Below, in pieces: positions 17,886 to 28,219 of a stretch of DNA of 32,761 nucleotides (the first letter of the stretch is position 1; each line of letters begins with the position of its first letter). The notes beneath the pieces are model-generated. The model did not search any database. It saw nothing but the letters and a program-made list of their open reading frames with translations, and was not told where the DNA came from. Made by a program: the position numbers and the translations under genes. The DNA is from a virus (lineage: Duplodnaviria; Caudoviricetes), in the IMG/VR virus record IMGVR_UViG_3300049781_000104, positions 1 to 32,761 of that record; one strand, given 5' to 3'.

Positions 17886-18664
17886 GTCTTGCTCTTTAAA
17901 AGTTTTTCGTACTCCTGTGTTTTGATAATTACTGTATGAAGCTCCATTAGTAGGGTGTCGACGTATTGTTCTTCAACCTTATCCATGTCACCGTAAACGC
18001 CCTTCTCGGCAACGTCTCTCATTATATTCCACATTCCATAGGGAGGGATTTCCCCGCCTTTACCATCTTGCTCAAAAACTTCGCGATATTGGTCGAAAAA
18101 GTTATTCCTACAGCCCTCATAATACAATGCAATAGCACACTTGATGTGTCGCGGCCATTTGGATATTGTCTTTTTGTAGTAGGGGGTTAGATGCGGATTA
18201 TACTCCATGCGAATATCACCGTCGGGATTCTTGCGGCGATCATATTTTTTTTTTGCCGGTCTATATAGAATTGCGACTAACTCATTTAGAGACTCCATGT
18301 CATCACTGTTCCTGTAGGCAAGAAAGTGTGCTTCAGTGAGTGCAAACTCTTTAGATTTCAGATTTTCCAAGTCTTTAGCAGGCCCGTAATAACCTCGAAA
18401 CCTCGGAATCAATTGTGAACTGAGCGTTACCTTCTGATAAACCCATTCAATTACATCCAAGCAATTTATTGTTAGTTCAGGAGGCATAGTAAAAAATGTA
18501 TGCGCCTTCATGCCACTCAGCAATCTAAATATGGACAAGAGGACGTGGTCAGTTGAGAGACTACTCGCAAGAACTTTGGCACAGCCGATAAACTGGGCTG
18601 GTGTCAATTCGTTCCAGCCTTGCGGAATAGCATACGTCCGTTTTTTATAGTGAAGCGCAATCAT
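17882..18664 (-). CDS. Phage hypothetical protein (IPxxWNEL N-terminus; possible tail chaperone)
   Basis: 260 aa, coupled within the operon. Confidence 0.6.
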   Translation of the reverse strand: MIALHYKKRTYAIPQGWNELTPAQFIGCAKVLASSLSTDHVLLSIFRLLSGMKAHTFFTMPPELTINCLDVIEWVYQKVTLSSQLIPRFRGYYGPAKDLENLKSKEFALTEAHFLAYRNSDDMESLNELVAILYRPAKKKYDRRKNPDGDIRMEYNPHLTPYYKKTISKWPRHIKCAIALYYEGCRNNFFDQYREVFEQDGKGGEIPPYGMWNIMRDVAEKGVYGDMDKVEEQYVDTLLMELHTVIIKTQEYEKLLKSKT

Positions 18665-18669
18665 ATCAT

Positions 18670-19653
18670 TTAGAATCTAAAAATTCTTCTTTGACCATTA
18701 CCACGATCTCGTTGTGAATTGCCGGGCGCCGAGTAGTAGGAGCTGGAATAGTATATAGGAAAAATGGCAGCACTTGCGTTGTTGTTGAGATAAGTAGTTG
18801 ACTTTTGCAAGTACATGTTGCCATCTCTGTCTGCTGCCGCTTTTTTGACATCCAGCAGCCCGTTGGGCGCATTATTGTGTCCTGGAAGCTCGGTATCGTT
18901 ACTACCTGCCGATTGTAATACAGTTAAGCCTTGTTCGCTTACCATTACTGGTAGCCGTTCAATCGCGTGTTTAATGGTATAATGGCTGAGTGCTTTTTTC
19001 AAAAGTCGCAGGATCTCAATTTCATGTGTTGTTGGTGTAATGAGGTTTAACAATGAATTCAAAAAGTCTCTTCCAATTGTGGGTGCCAGGTAATTATCCT
19101 GTACTTCAATAATAATCGGCAACAACGCAAGGAATGTGCGTAGTGGGTGAAGCAATGCGTAGTTTTGGCTGAACTCAGTTCCAGACCTAATAAGAGCACT
19201 ATTACGTGTGCTGCGCTGCTTCGAGTTCTGCCATTTCGGCCAGGCTGTGGCATGTTCTTCGAGGTAAGTCAACAATGTTTCCATGCCGCTCATTGCCTTT
19301 TGCGCCAGTGCCTTTGTTATTTCTCTGTACTCCCAGGCAAATACACCCGGCATGTTATCCGCCGTGAAGCGCCTGATACCCGCGTCTGTGATGGTTGCCT
19401 GGAAAAATGCAATGTTGTCAAGGAATGCGTATGCAGCCAGCGGTTTTTGTACCAGCGAAATCAATTTTTGGGTGTCTTCATCGGTGGTATTTTCCTTGTA
19501 CGCTGTAAGCAACTGCTCATATAACTCATTTCCTATTGCAGGAATAATGTGGCGAATCGTAGCTTCTTCCATGTCTGGCAGCGAAGCGTCTTTGCTGAGG
19601 GACGAGATGCGAAGTGACTGCCGGACCTCGTCCATTTTTGTAATTATTGGCAT
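18670..19653 (-). CDS. DUF6712-like protein (probable head-tail adaptor)
   Basis: Internally duplicated IPAIGNELY / LAPTIGRDFL halves; directly after the portal. Confidence 0.7.
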   Translation of the reverse strand: MPIITKMDEVRQSLRISSLSKDASLPDMEEATIRHIIPAIGNELYEQLLTAYKENTTDEDTQKLISLVQKPLAAYAFLDNIAFFQATITDAGIRRFTADNMPGVFAWEYREITKALAQKAMSGMETLLTYLEEHATAWPKWQNSKQRSTRNSALIRSGTEFSQNYALLHPLRTFLALLPIIIEVQDNYLAPTIGRDFLNSLLNLITPTTHEIEILRLLKKALSHYTIKHAIERLPVMVSEQGLTVLQSAGSNDTELPGHNNAPNGLLDVKKAAADRDGNMYLQKSTTYLNNNASAAIFPIYYSSSYYSAPGNSQRDRGNGQRRIFRF

Positions 19654-19658
19654 GTTGC

Positions 19659-21053
19659 TTACTTTTTAGCGCCTTTATCCGTGTTTTCGCCGGGGGCGGG
19701 AGATCCGACCACGGACTTAGTTTCGCCGCCTGTATCAAGGGTAGTGAGTACCAGACTTGGAAAAACAAATTTTATTTTAGGATCCCAGCCATTGTATTTT
19801 TTAACAATATTAAATACCCTGGACATGTACCGACGCTCGAATTCCAACTTAATGATCTCATAAAGCCCAGCTTCTCGAATATCTGATCCCGATCCTGCGC
19901 CACCGCCATATCCTTTGGATGTGACACCGTGGCTTCCTATGAGGGCAGGATTAATACTCAGAGCGAATAAGATTTCAAAGTTTGCGGCTGATGCATCTGG
20001 AAGTAACTCCCCCTGCTTAGTGTCGTCTTTTATCGGAATGATGTCGACATTTTGGAACTTGTTCCCATTACCATCTGTATACCCGTCGATATATATGGAT
20101 TTGTACGCATTCTCCGCGCCTACCAGGAACTGGTCAATCTCGTCATAGAGGGCTTGCCGCTTTTCCTCCTTTTCTTCGGGAGTATAAGATTCCCATACCT
20201 CAACTCCAAATGAAGTTTCCCAGTATTTTTCGTAAATGACCACCATATATTTCAACCGCATATTGTTTTCAAACAAAGCAGCTTTCATTTCTGGTACTCC
20301 CTTGGCGATCTGCACCCATTTATACGCCGCCAGCCATGCTGGTAATGTGTAATACCTACGGCGCCATGTAGGTGATACCAACCGCATCGCAAATTCCTGT
20401 CCGGTAGTTCTGGATTTCAAATCATTGTATGTGCCGTTAAATGGAAGGAGCGGTACCTTTATGACCTTGTCGCTTGGAAAGCCGGAAACATTCTCCCAGT
20501 CTGCAGACATATATACATGCTTCATGGTTCCGTACTCGTCCATTTTTTCGTAACGGCACTCTGTGATATCATCACGTTGTACGAAGGCGATCTTTTTTCT
20601 GTCTCGGGTTAAGACGTACCGTGCTTGCCCCTGCCCAAACCCAATAATGTCACGGAACCAGGCGAAGCAGTTATGGAAGTCATTACTTTCTTCAAGCCAG
20701 TCAACAATTTCAGCGTTGTCGACAATGTCTGTTATGACCTCGCTGCCGTCGCTTCGGCGCTCCGTGTATACGGGCCAAATTCCTTTTCCCATTCCGAACC
20801 GGGCTTTCACGTCTATACCAGAGATTAAAACCCCGCAGGCCTCAATGTCAGCGGCCATTGTCTGTGGTAATAAATTATCATTCCCCCAATTCGCCCAAGG
20901 GCGGCCATTGGAGGTGATCTCCGTTGAATCAGCGGGAACAACCGACTTGATGCCTTCTGTCTGTTTTTGGCTACCGTACACTGCGGACATATCTATGTAC
21001 CTGGTTCCTGTGACGGAACTAACGCCTATGCCGTTTTTTACTGTTACGCTCAT
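19659..21053 (-). CDS. Portal protein
   Basis: 464 aa with WANWGNDNLLP, YYTLPAW, NPALIG and SGSDIREA, motifs seen in Bacteroidota phage portals. Confidence 0.8.
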   Translation of the reverse strand: MSVTVKNGIGVSSVTGTRYIDMSAVYGSQKQTEGIKSVVPADSTEITSNGRPWANWGNDNLLPQTMAADIEACGVLISGIDVKARFGMGKGIWPVYTERRSDGSEVITDIVDNAEIVDWLEESNDFHNCFAWFRDIIGFGQGQARYVLTRDRKKIAFVQRDDITECRYEKMDEYGTMKHVYMSADWENVSGFPSDKVIKVPLLPFNGTYNDLKSRTTGQEFAMRLVSPTWRRRYYTLPAWLAAYKWVQIAKGVPEMKAALFENNMRLKYMVVIYEKYWETSFGVEVWESYTPEEKEEKRQALYDEIDQFLVGAENAYKSIYIDGYTDGNGNKFQNVDIIPIKDDTKQGELLPDASAANFEILFALSINPALIGSHGVTSKGYGGGAGSGSDIREAGLYEIIKLEFERRYMSRVFNIVKKYNGWDPKIKFVFPSLVLTTLDTGGETKSVVGSPAPGENTDKGAKK

Positions 21054-21058
21054 ATTAG

Positions 21059-21436
21059 TTATTGAACTACTCTTTTTCCCTGATAAAACCCTATTAATCT
21101 GACGTGGACTTTGCGAACCCTATTTGGATTCCTGGAGTCCCGGATGTTAATGGTTTTGTTGCTGTAGTGATTGGGGTTCTTAGCCAACTTGTTAATGGTC
21201 TTGTGCCGTATTTTCCCGTCTGTTACTATTTGTTCGCCACTGACCTTCATCCAGGCTTTCACTTCGATAATTTCTCCGCCTGTACCTTTTCTCCGGTCAG
21301 CTGTACAAAAAACCATATCGAATATTTCTCCTGCGTTAATCTCCCTCAACATATCTGCCCTTAAAACAACAGGTAGCAACCGCTCAGGACCTTCGTCCTT
21401 AACAGTGCTACCTGTATTTTGATTGATATGCCTCAT
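21059..21436 (-). CDS. Phage hypothetical protein, first gene of the portal operon
   Basis: Likely ATG at 21436; FDMVFCTADRRKGTGG motif. Confidence 0.7.
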   Translation of the reverse strand: MRHINQNTGSTVKDEGPERLLPVVLRADMLREINAGEIFDMVFCTADRRKGTGGEIIEVKAWMKVSGEQIVTDGKIRHKTINKLAKNPNHYSNKTINIRDSRNPNRVRKVHVRLIGFYQGKRVVQ

Positions 21437-21478
21437 ACCCACGAAGGTATCAGGATGTCACGTTCTGTAAAAGGACAG
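21437..21478 (-). promoter_or_regulatory. Putative late promoter B (CTGTCCTT motif)
   Basis: CTGTCCTT starts 42 nt before ATG 21436, with a TACCTTCG -7-like element. Confidence 0.7.
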
Positions 21479-21480
21479 AA

Positions 21481-22020
21481 CTACCAGTTATCTTGATTGG
21501 CCGGGGCCTTCATGCTTGCATATAATTCTTGTATAAGCTGCTGCAGTTGATTGTCGGCATCCTCTTTTATTTTATGCCAGTTCCTTTTGGTCATAAAAAG
21601 GCCACCGCATGCAGGTTTTTCGTTAGATAAACTACCACCGGAATAGTCCCCATTGTGGTGGACGTCTGAATGATAGAGGTCGGTGATTTCGTACTTATAT
21701 TTTCCTTCTTTCGTTGCGATTTTTAGCGTGAAATTAACAGCCCCTCCCAGCGATTTATTGAATGGGTTCACGTAGAATCGATTCAACCTACCCTTTACGA
21801 CAATCGTGTGCGCAGCCTCATCAGAGAGTTTTGTGACATCGGGAGCGGAGTTAAACCTAGTCGCAACAAAGAGCTTTGCCCGACTAAACAGTTGGTTCTG
21901 GGATAATGAGTCAACCTGCACAATGTCTGTATAAAGACTGTCAGGCGTAGGGGTTTGTGTTTGTTGACCGAAAGATGGGAGACTAAATACCATCAAAATA
22001 AATACTAATATTTTTTTCAT
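21481..22020 (-). CDS. DUF4468-like exported protein (moron)
   Basis: Signal peptide MKKILVFILMVFSLPSFG-Q; YTDIVQVDSLSQNQLFSRAK...IVVKG pattern; its own TAAATTCG -7-like element upstream. Confidence 0.75.
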   Translation of the reverse strand: MKKILVFILMVFSLPSFGQQTQTPTPDSLYTDIVQVDSLSQNQLFSRAKLFVATRFNSAPDVTKLSDEAAHTIVVKGRLNRFYVNPFNKSLGGAVNFTLKIATKEGKYKYEITDLYHSDVHHNGDYSGGSLSNEKPACGGLFMTKRNWHKIKEDADNQLQQLIQELYASMKAPANQDNW

Positions 22021-22050
22021 ATAAGCAGGGGTTTGATCGAATTTAAATAA

Positions 22051-22380
22051 TTATTTTAAACTGTGCTCCCATTTCTCAAGCACATAAACAACATCTTTTT
22101 GGGCTGTTTTCCCCTGCCTCATTACAAAGGTGGCGAAGTTGATCATATCTGCACGGGAATATAGCTGCTCAGGGGATGTGACTTTAGCTCGCTGAAGTAG
22201 CAATAACTTTGTATCAATGGTGATTCTGCCGCCTGATTTTAAGGTATTGCGGTAATGTCTGATTCTGGACGACATGCGACGGCGCTCAGCAATACTTGCA
22301 GTAGGCGATAGAATGATATTATGAATAGCCCTCTTTTGAATAAGTTTTCGGAACAGAGTGTCTATGGTTTCTATAGTCAT
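22051..22380 (-). CDS. Basic hypothetical protein
   Basis: 109-aa ORF following the tape measure gene. Confidence 0.6.
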   Translation of the reverse strand: MTIETIDTLFRKLIQKRAIHNIILSPTASIAERRRMSSRIRHYRNTLKSGGRITIDTKLLLLQRAKVTSPEQLYSRADMINFATFVMRQGKTAQKDVVYVLEKWEHSLK

Positions 22381-22392
22381 TGTTCGACATAT

Positions 22393-25300
22393 TTATTGTT
22401 TAAATGTAGCCTCGCTCCGAATGTCGTCAAGTCTGGCCTGTTGTGCTTCTTGCTCGGTCAGGAAGGTCTTCGCCATAATGCCCCTGGCTAAACGATTATT
22501 TAAATCGTTAATGGCTTGCGTGTTTCTTTCGATCATTATCATTAGCGCTTCGTTGTTACTTTCAGCAGGAGAATTTGCGCTTGTAGTGGTCGGACGGCGA
22601 TCCGAATTAAATAGTCCTCCGAGCTCCATCATCTTTGCCTTGTCCATGCTACGCCTTACACGGGCTAAGTTTATGGGACGGGCTTGCGTCTGCCAAAATG
22701 GTTTTATTTCTGCGGCTGCATCCCATCTAACCCCACCACCTAAGCCGTTGAGAGTACTGGTGATCTCACTGGGCGTGCCAGATACGGTATATCTTCTTCC
22801 GTCCGACATTGTCCGGGCGTTGACAATGGCTTCTCCTTGCTCCAGATAGGCGGATGGCCTACCAGTATATGGATTTACAACCGGAAGGCCGCGATGCCTG
22901 CTGTTGTGCTTCGGACCATCCTTCAAAAATCCCCCATCACCGAATTCTGGAGGCTCTTGATTTTTGATATTAAGAAGTTGAATGCCACCCGCCGCCGCAA
23001 CAAGCCCAGCTAAAATAAAATTGTAAGGAGGGGGTGCGGATGACAACGCCTGTAGAACAGCTTGTGCAATCTGAATATTGGCCCTTACTATACTGGCCGT
23101 TTTTTCCCTTTCAAATTGATCCAATCTTGCCTTTTTCTCCTTTTCCTCCAGCTGTTTATCCAGCTTTGAAACACGGATGTCGTATTGTGCGCGGGTAATA
23201 ACCTTAGCGTCCAGTTGGCGTTGAAAGGCTTGCTTCTGCTTATCATTAGCTGTCCTGTCTCTGGCAATTTCATTGTCTTGTTGTTGTTTTCTGCTTGCGG
23301 ACATTGCGTCGTAAACGCTTAGAAGGGCTTCGGCCCATGTTGTAACAGCAGAAAGAATTTTTTGTGCGAATTCCAGCTCAGTCTTGAGCTCCTCTTCGTG
23401 ATACTTTTGAACAATTAAGATCCTTTCCTCTTTGGTAAGGTTGATGTTATTGAGTTCTTGGCGCTTTTGTTCAGCCAGGAATTCTTTTTGGGCTTTAAGT
23501 TGCTCGAAAAAGCCCGCTTTTCTTACGGCCAATTCCCGTTTAGCCACCTGATCTCTATTGATCAGACTAATGGCTGCTTCCGTGCGCGCAGTCAGCGCCT
23601 TAGCAGCTACGGTTGCGTTTAGAAGTAATTGTTCCCTCAGCTCCTGTTGTTCCTTTTTATATGATTGACGTTGATCATATGCGGCGCGTTGCAATTGTTT
23701 GTTTGCGTCCTCATAGTATCTTTGGTTAAGCTGTCTCATTTCCTGGGACTTCAACTCCTCAATCATAGCCATTGCTTTGGCGTTTCCCTTTGCCCTCGCT
23801 TCTAACTTTTCGTATTTATTATATATGTCCTTTACGTCTTTTTCATATTGGGTGGCATTGAAGAACGCCAGGTCACGCGCAATGGCCTTCAGCTCATCGG
23901 ATAGCTTTTCAGCATGTTCGGCGGATATGTCTTTGCTACCACTTAACCCTTTAAGTTCTTTTTGTATTTGTTTTTGCCGGGCCATGTTTGCCGCTTGGGC
24001 CTTTTTGTCTTCAGCTGCAATTTTACTATAAGCCTCTTTCAAACTCGCAAGCTCAAACTCCAAGGCAGCTTTCTTATCCGCCACTGTTTGTTCTGCAGGA
24101 CTTTTAGGGGGAGGTGCCTGACTGGGAGCGGACGCAGTGAATTCTTTTTTCAGAATGGTATCAAGTGCGTCCATTTCCTGTTTCAATTTCTGGCGGGCAC
24201 CCCTTATGCCGTCCAGTGCGCGGTCCGCCGAATTGGACCACGTAATAACATTCATTATGGCGCCAGAGTTGCGGGAAAACCAGTTGTTACCAAGGAACTC
24301 ACGTTCATCGTCGGAGAGGTCCGATAAAGCGCTTTTATTATTCGCTTTTTTCCCTTCAACACTTCCTTCCAATAGTGCAAGACGCATATCCTCTTGAAGT
24401 TTTTGGCTTCTGATTGCAGCAGCGGCTTCTTCTTTGGCCTTGGCGCGAATAGACGTTATATAATCATCAATGAGTTTTTTTCCTTCTGCAGTTGCTGCAT
24501 TTTCCAGGGTAAGTCCATTTAAGTATGTAGGGTTAATTGCTATAAGTTCTTCCAGGGCCTTTTTTCTGGTTTCCTGCGAGAGCGTGTTGTCATTGATGAT
24601 ATTAGTCAGGTACTGAATTTTACTGCTCTGTTCAGCAGTTGCGTCAGCAACCTGGTTATTGACCTCTTTATGTACCCTTGCTGCAGCTGTTAGCCTTTCA
24701 GTGCTACGAGTCAAGCTTGAAAAAAGAGCGATGGCTGCACCAACAACCACCAGTAGCACACCAAGCGCATTTGATGAAATAGCTATATTCCATAGGCGCT
24801 GTGCCGCGGCGGCGGCGGTGATTCTTCCTGTTAGCAGGTTGGTCACTGTAATATATGCCGCTTGTAAGGATATGCTGGCGCTTAGCAGGGTGTTACCAAT
24901 AGCGAATCCAGTATTGTAAGCGATCTGCGCTGTTCTTGCCCTCAACGTAGCTACAGACGCTGCTATCAACTGACCATTCATAAGGATCAGGCCAGCCACC
25001 AAGGTTAATATTGCCACCTTGTTTTCCATTACGATTTCAGGAAGGCTGCGAAGAAGGTTGAATAATCCGGTTAAAACTCTAATTCCAGATGTAACTGCGT
25101 CGCGAATAGTTTCTCCGGTGAATAAACCAGAGAAGGCTTTTTTAAGCTTTGCTAATTCTCCAGCGGCATTATTATTTTTAACATTATATTCTTGTATTAC
25201 AGAAGTTCCCGCTTTAAATGATTCGTTCGCAACTTCTTGCTGTTTTCGGACAAGTTCGAGATTGTTCGCTAATGTAAGGAAGACGTTTGCTGCACCACCG

Positions 25301-26562
25301 CCTTCTATACCAAGCGGTTTTAATTTTTGGATCATTTGCTCGCTGGTAGGTGCTACCACTCTTAACCGTTCCAAAAACGCCAAAAATGCGGAGTTGGTCC
25401 CTTTTTCAGACATGATCCCTTCTAATTCACCGGCAGCAAAACCAGCAGCGGCTGCGAATTTTTTTGTATCCCCCACGAAGTCGAGAAAAAATTTGGTCAT
25501 AGCGGTTCCTGAAACTTCTGCAGTCTGACCATTTATTTCCAGTGCAGCGGCATAGGCTAGGAGATCCGGGGCTCCCAGTGCAGCGGTGTTGGCAACGCCA
25601 GCCACTCGTGAGAGAAAGTCCACCTGAAAGGATTCAGACGCCTCAGAGGCGGCGCCTATACTGTTAATAGACGATGCAATATTTATCATCTCAGTATCAA
25701 ATATCTTACTCATCTTACTGATCTGGATAATAGCATCCTCTCCAAGATCTTCTCCCAGCGCAACGTCGATGATATTCGCTTGCTCGACGAATTTTTTGAC
25801 ATCCTCAACACTGCTATTTCCCAGTTTTCCCGCTTCTGCTGCCAGTTGTCTCAGTTTTTCGGATGATGTTCGGGTATCCATTTTGTCCAATTCCCGGTTC
25901 ACCTTATTTACCTGTTCGCTTGTTAAACCGGTCGTTTTCTGAATGTCACTGAGTTCGTCCGAAATTTTGGCCGTGTCCTCAACAATATTACCTGCAAGCT
26001 CTTTTATTTTTTCAACGACACCGGTTATTGCATTTCCTGCCGCAGTACCAATGGCTGTACTTACAATAGATGAAATTGAAAGCTTTTTTAGAGAGTCCAT
26101 AGACTCCCCGACACCGTCGATCTTGCTTTTTAGTTGATCAAATGTAGCCACTGCACCTTCGTAGGCCTTTAGTTTCTCTGCATACCCTGGGGCATTATCA
26201 GAAAGGTGTTTTAATTCATTACGAAGTTTTAGCACTAATGCCTGTTGTTGAGCGAAGGTGGAGTTTAAACCTGAAGCAATCTGATCTTTTAGTTTCTGTT
26301 GTGCAGTGGCGTTTTTGTCTAGTTGCGCTGTGGTTGCCTTTATTGACTCGCTTACTTTGTCATATTGTTTTTGCAAACCGTGAATACTTTCTCCTGCGGC
26401 TGCGGCTTTTGCAATTCTTACTTGTAAGTCCGCCTGTTTTGTGCGACACTCATCGATACGTTTATTGAACTGTGCCTGTTTCTTTTCTAACTGGCCCAAT
26501 GCTGCTTCCGCTGCTTGGTGACCAATATAAATATCTACCCGCCTATTTACCACTTCTGCCAT
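22393..26562 (-). CDS. Tail tape measure protein (TP901/PhageMin_Tail type)
   Basis: 1389 aa, Ala-rich coiled coil, DELSDIQKTTGLT...DTRTS motif, hydrophobic central segments. Confidence 0.93.
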   Translation of the reverse strand: MAEVVNRRVDIYIGHQAAEAALGQLEKKQAQFNKRIDECRTKQADLQVRIAKAAAAGESIHGLQKQYDKVSESIKATTAQLDKNATAQQKLKDQIASGLNSTFAQQQALVLKLRNELKHLSDNAPGYAEKLKAYEGAVATFDQLKSKIDGVGESMDSLKKLSISSIVSTAIGTAAGNAITGVVEKIKELAGNIVEDTAKISDELSDIQKTTGLTSEQVNKVNRELDKMDTRTSSEKLRQLAAEAGKLGNSSVEDVKKFVEQANIIDVALGEDLGEDAIIQISKMSKIFDTEMINIASSINSIGAASEASESFQVDFLSRVAGVANTAALGAPDLLAYAAALEINGQTAEVSGTAMTKFFLDFVGDTKKFAAAAGFAAGELEGIMSEKGTNSAFLAFLERLRVVAPTSEQMIQKLKPLGIEGGGAANVFLTLANNLELVRKQQEVANESFKAGTSVIQEYNVKNNNAAGELAKLKKAFSGLFTGETIRDAVTSGIRVLTGLFNLLRSLPEIVMENKVAILTLVAGLILMNGQLIAASVATLRARTAQIAYNTGFAIGNTLLSASISLQAAYITVTNLLTGRITAAAAAQRLWNIAISSNALGVLLVVVGAAIALFSSLTRSTERLTAAARVHKEVNNQVADATAEQSSKIQYLTNIINDNTLSQETRKKALEELIAINPTYLNGLTLENAATAEGKKLIDDYITSIRAKAKEEAAAAIRSQKLQEDMRLALLEGSVEGKKANNKSALSDLSDDEREFLGNNWFSRNSGAIMNVITWSNSADRALDGIRGARQKLKQEMDALDTILKKEFTASAPSQAPPPKSPAEQTVADKKAALEFELASLKEAYSKIAAEDKKAQAANMARQKQIQKELKGLSGSKDISAEHAEKLSDELKAIARDLAFFNATQYEKDVKDIYNKYEKLEARAKGNAKAMAMIEELKSQEMRQLNQRYYEDANKQLQRAAYDQRQSYKKEQQELREQLLLNATVAAKALTARTEAAISLINRDQVAKRELAVRKAGFFEQLKAQKEFLAEQKRQELNNINLTKEERILIVQKYHEEELKTELEFAQKILSAVTTWAEALLSVYDAMSASRKQQQDNEIARDRTANDKQKQAFQRQLDAKVITRAQYDIRVSKLDKQLEEKEKKARLDQFEREKTASIVRANIQIAQAVLQALSSAPPPYNFILAGLVAAAGGIQLLNIKNQEPPEFGDGGFLKDGPKHNSRHRGLPVVNPYTGRPSAYLEQGEAIVNARTMSDGRRYTVSGTPSEITSTLNGLGGGVRWDAAAEIKPFWQTQARPINLARVRRSMDKAKMMELGGLFNSDRRPTTTSANSPAESNNEALMIMIERNTQAINDLNNRLARGIMAKTFLTEQEAQQARLDDIRSEATFKQ

Positions 26563-26918
26563 TATCTGATATTTAGGTTATTGATGATGAAGTCCGCCTG
26601 TCCGTTTGCGACCCGGTCTGCAAGTGCTGGGAGATTTCTTTCTATTATGGGGTTAAACCACTCTTTAGCACCTTTAGGATTAGACGCGGGGCGACCACGA
26701 CCAACGCCTTTGTGCAGGAAAATTGAATGTTGTGGCATTTTGAACGAAATCCGGGAGGCAAGGCCGTTTTGATTACGAACAGCAGTTCTTAAAAGCTTGC
26801 TCATACTATATTGTGTGCCGCTAAATTTCACATTCAGTCGAACCAATTCTTTTTTCAAATCACGAAGAGATAAACTGGTCCATTCGCGGACCTCACTGTT
26901 ATAAGTCTGAAAATCCAT
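26562..26918 (-). CDS. Putative neck/tail-completion protein
   Basis: 118 aa, IFLHKGVGRG...WFNP motif; TAATG-coupled to the tape measure gene. Confidence 0.55.
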   Translation of the reverse strand: MDFQTYNSEVREWTSLSLRDLKKELVRLNVKFSGTQYSMSKLLRTAVRNQNGLASRISFKMPQHSIFLHKGVGRGRPASNPKGAKEWFNPIIERNLPALADRVANGQADFIINNLNIR

Positions 26919-26938
26919 TGTAGATAATTATTAAAATG

Positions 26939-26967
26939 AAATCCCCGCCGGATGGCGGCGAGGATTT
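26939..26967 (-). terminator. Terminator-like hairpin after the tail tube genes
   Basis: aaatcc-ccgcc...ggcgg-cga-ggattt imperfect stem with flanking T runs. Confidence 0.5.
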
Positions 26968-26974
26968 TTGATCT

Positions 26975-27232
26975 TTAATCTCTATCACTTGGGGTTTTAT
27001 CTGGAGGTATGGTAGGCGGGGAAATCTCTATCAGAGGCACTTCCAAGTTCGGGTCGTCACGATCGGACCGTAACTCGATAAGGGGACTCTTACGAGAGAA
27101 TAGTCGTTCTGCCGCGCATTCATGCACATTGGTCAGCAACCCGCTATAACATGCGGTATGTATAACCCTGTCTTTATCAACGGCTGGTTTGTATACTAAT
27201 GCTACCAGCGGATTGGTGAATTCTAGTGGCAT
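26975..27232 (-). CDS. Phage hypothetical protein
   Basis: 85 aa, TAATG-coupled to the tail tube gene. Confidence 0.55.
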   Translation of the reverse strand: MPLEFTNPLVALVYKPAVDKDRVIHTACYSGLLTNVHECAAERLFSRKSPLIELRSDRDDPNLEVPLIEISPPTIPPDKTPSDRD

Positions 27233-27789
27233 TATGCGGTTGGTTTTTCCACCACGTCACCGGTGTAGAAGTATTTGGCCTCCTTAATGGTGACGCTGAT
27301 GTCATAAATTTTGGATCCCTCCTTGGTATTTCCGGAGTTGAAGGCGTATTTGAATGACCCCTGGACGCAGGCATCCCCTAGTTGGATATATTCATTTCTC
27401 GCACAGGTACTATCCTTTGCAAGGAAGATGAGGCCTACAGGATCATTTTTCATACTATCCAGCTGCTCCTGGATCGTGGCACTGTCTCCTTTAATCTGGG
27501 CCTTCATAACCCAGTTATTTTGCACAGAACCGTCATCTCCCTCTGATTCAGCAGATTCGAGGGTTACCGAGTGAATCTTCGTCAATAATCCGATGAATCC
27601 ATCAGCAGCGCCGAAGGCATGGTCTGTGGCAATTTTCTTTTTATCGCCCAGCGCTACTGGAACAGCGATAGGTGCAGCCAGTGTTGTGAAGGTATCGAGT
27701 GGAGCAAAGAAGATAAGGCGAGCATATCCACCATCAGACGCAGCGGCCTCCAGCTCGGTACGTTTAATTGCTTTATAATTATTTGCCAT
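27232..27789 (-). CDS. Putative major tail tube protein
   Basis: 185 aa, acidic and beta-rich, GG...IFFAP / LG / YFYTG pattern; located between capsid and tape measure. Confidence 0.75.
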   Translation of the reverse strand: MANNYKAIKRTELEAAASDGGYARLIFFAPLDTFTTLAAPIAVPVALGDKKKIATDHAFGAADGFIGLLTKIHSVTLESAESEGDDGSVQNNWVMKAQIKGDSATIQEQLDSMKNDPVGLIFLAKDSTCARNEYIQLGDACVQGSFKYAFNSGNTKEGSKIYDISVTIKEAKYFYTGDVVEKPTA

Positions 27790-27833
27790 TTGGTAAAAGT
27801 ATTACGGCTTGGTTTGCTGGTTAAAGATGAGGT

Positions 27834-28172
27834 TTACTCGATGATTTGAATTACGCCTGATTCGCTTTCCACCAACTTCTGCATGATACCTGCATCAGTG
27901 GAAGCTTCCATGGCCGTTACTTCGATGCCATCAGCAAGACGGAATTTTGGAACCAGAAACTTCACCTTCCTGGTTTCCTTGCCCACCTTTACCGTTACCG
28001 GTTCAGTGGGAATTTTTGGTTGTTCTGTTTTTGCCGGCTGATCTGCAGATGCTTGGGATGTAAATTCATTGAACATGGCTTTAAGTTCTGCCATCCCAGC
28101 TTTGAGTTCCTGATTCTCCTGGAGAAGCTTCTCATTATCAGACAGCACTTTTTGCATTTGGTCTTGTGACAT
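27834..28172 (-). CDS. Phage hypothetical protein (N-terminal coiled coil)
   Basis: 112-aa ORF in the operon. Confidence 0.7.
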   Translation of the reverse strand: MSQDQMQKVLSDNEKLLQENQELKAGMAELKAMFNEFTSQASADQPAKTEQPKIPTEPVTVKVGKETRKVKFLVPKFRLADGIEVTAMEASTDAGIMQKLVESESGVIQIIE

Positions 28173-28219
28173 TTTTAAGCGTTTATGCCAACGTTACGGC
28201 GTTGACGATTACGGATTTA

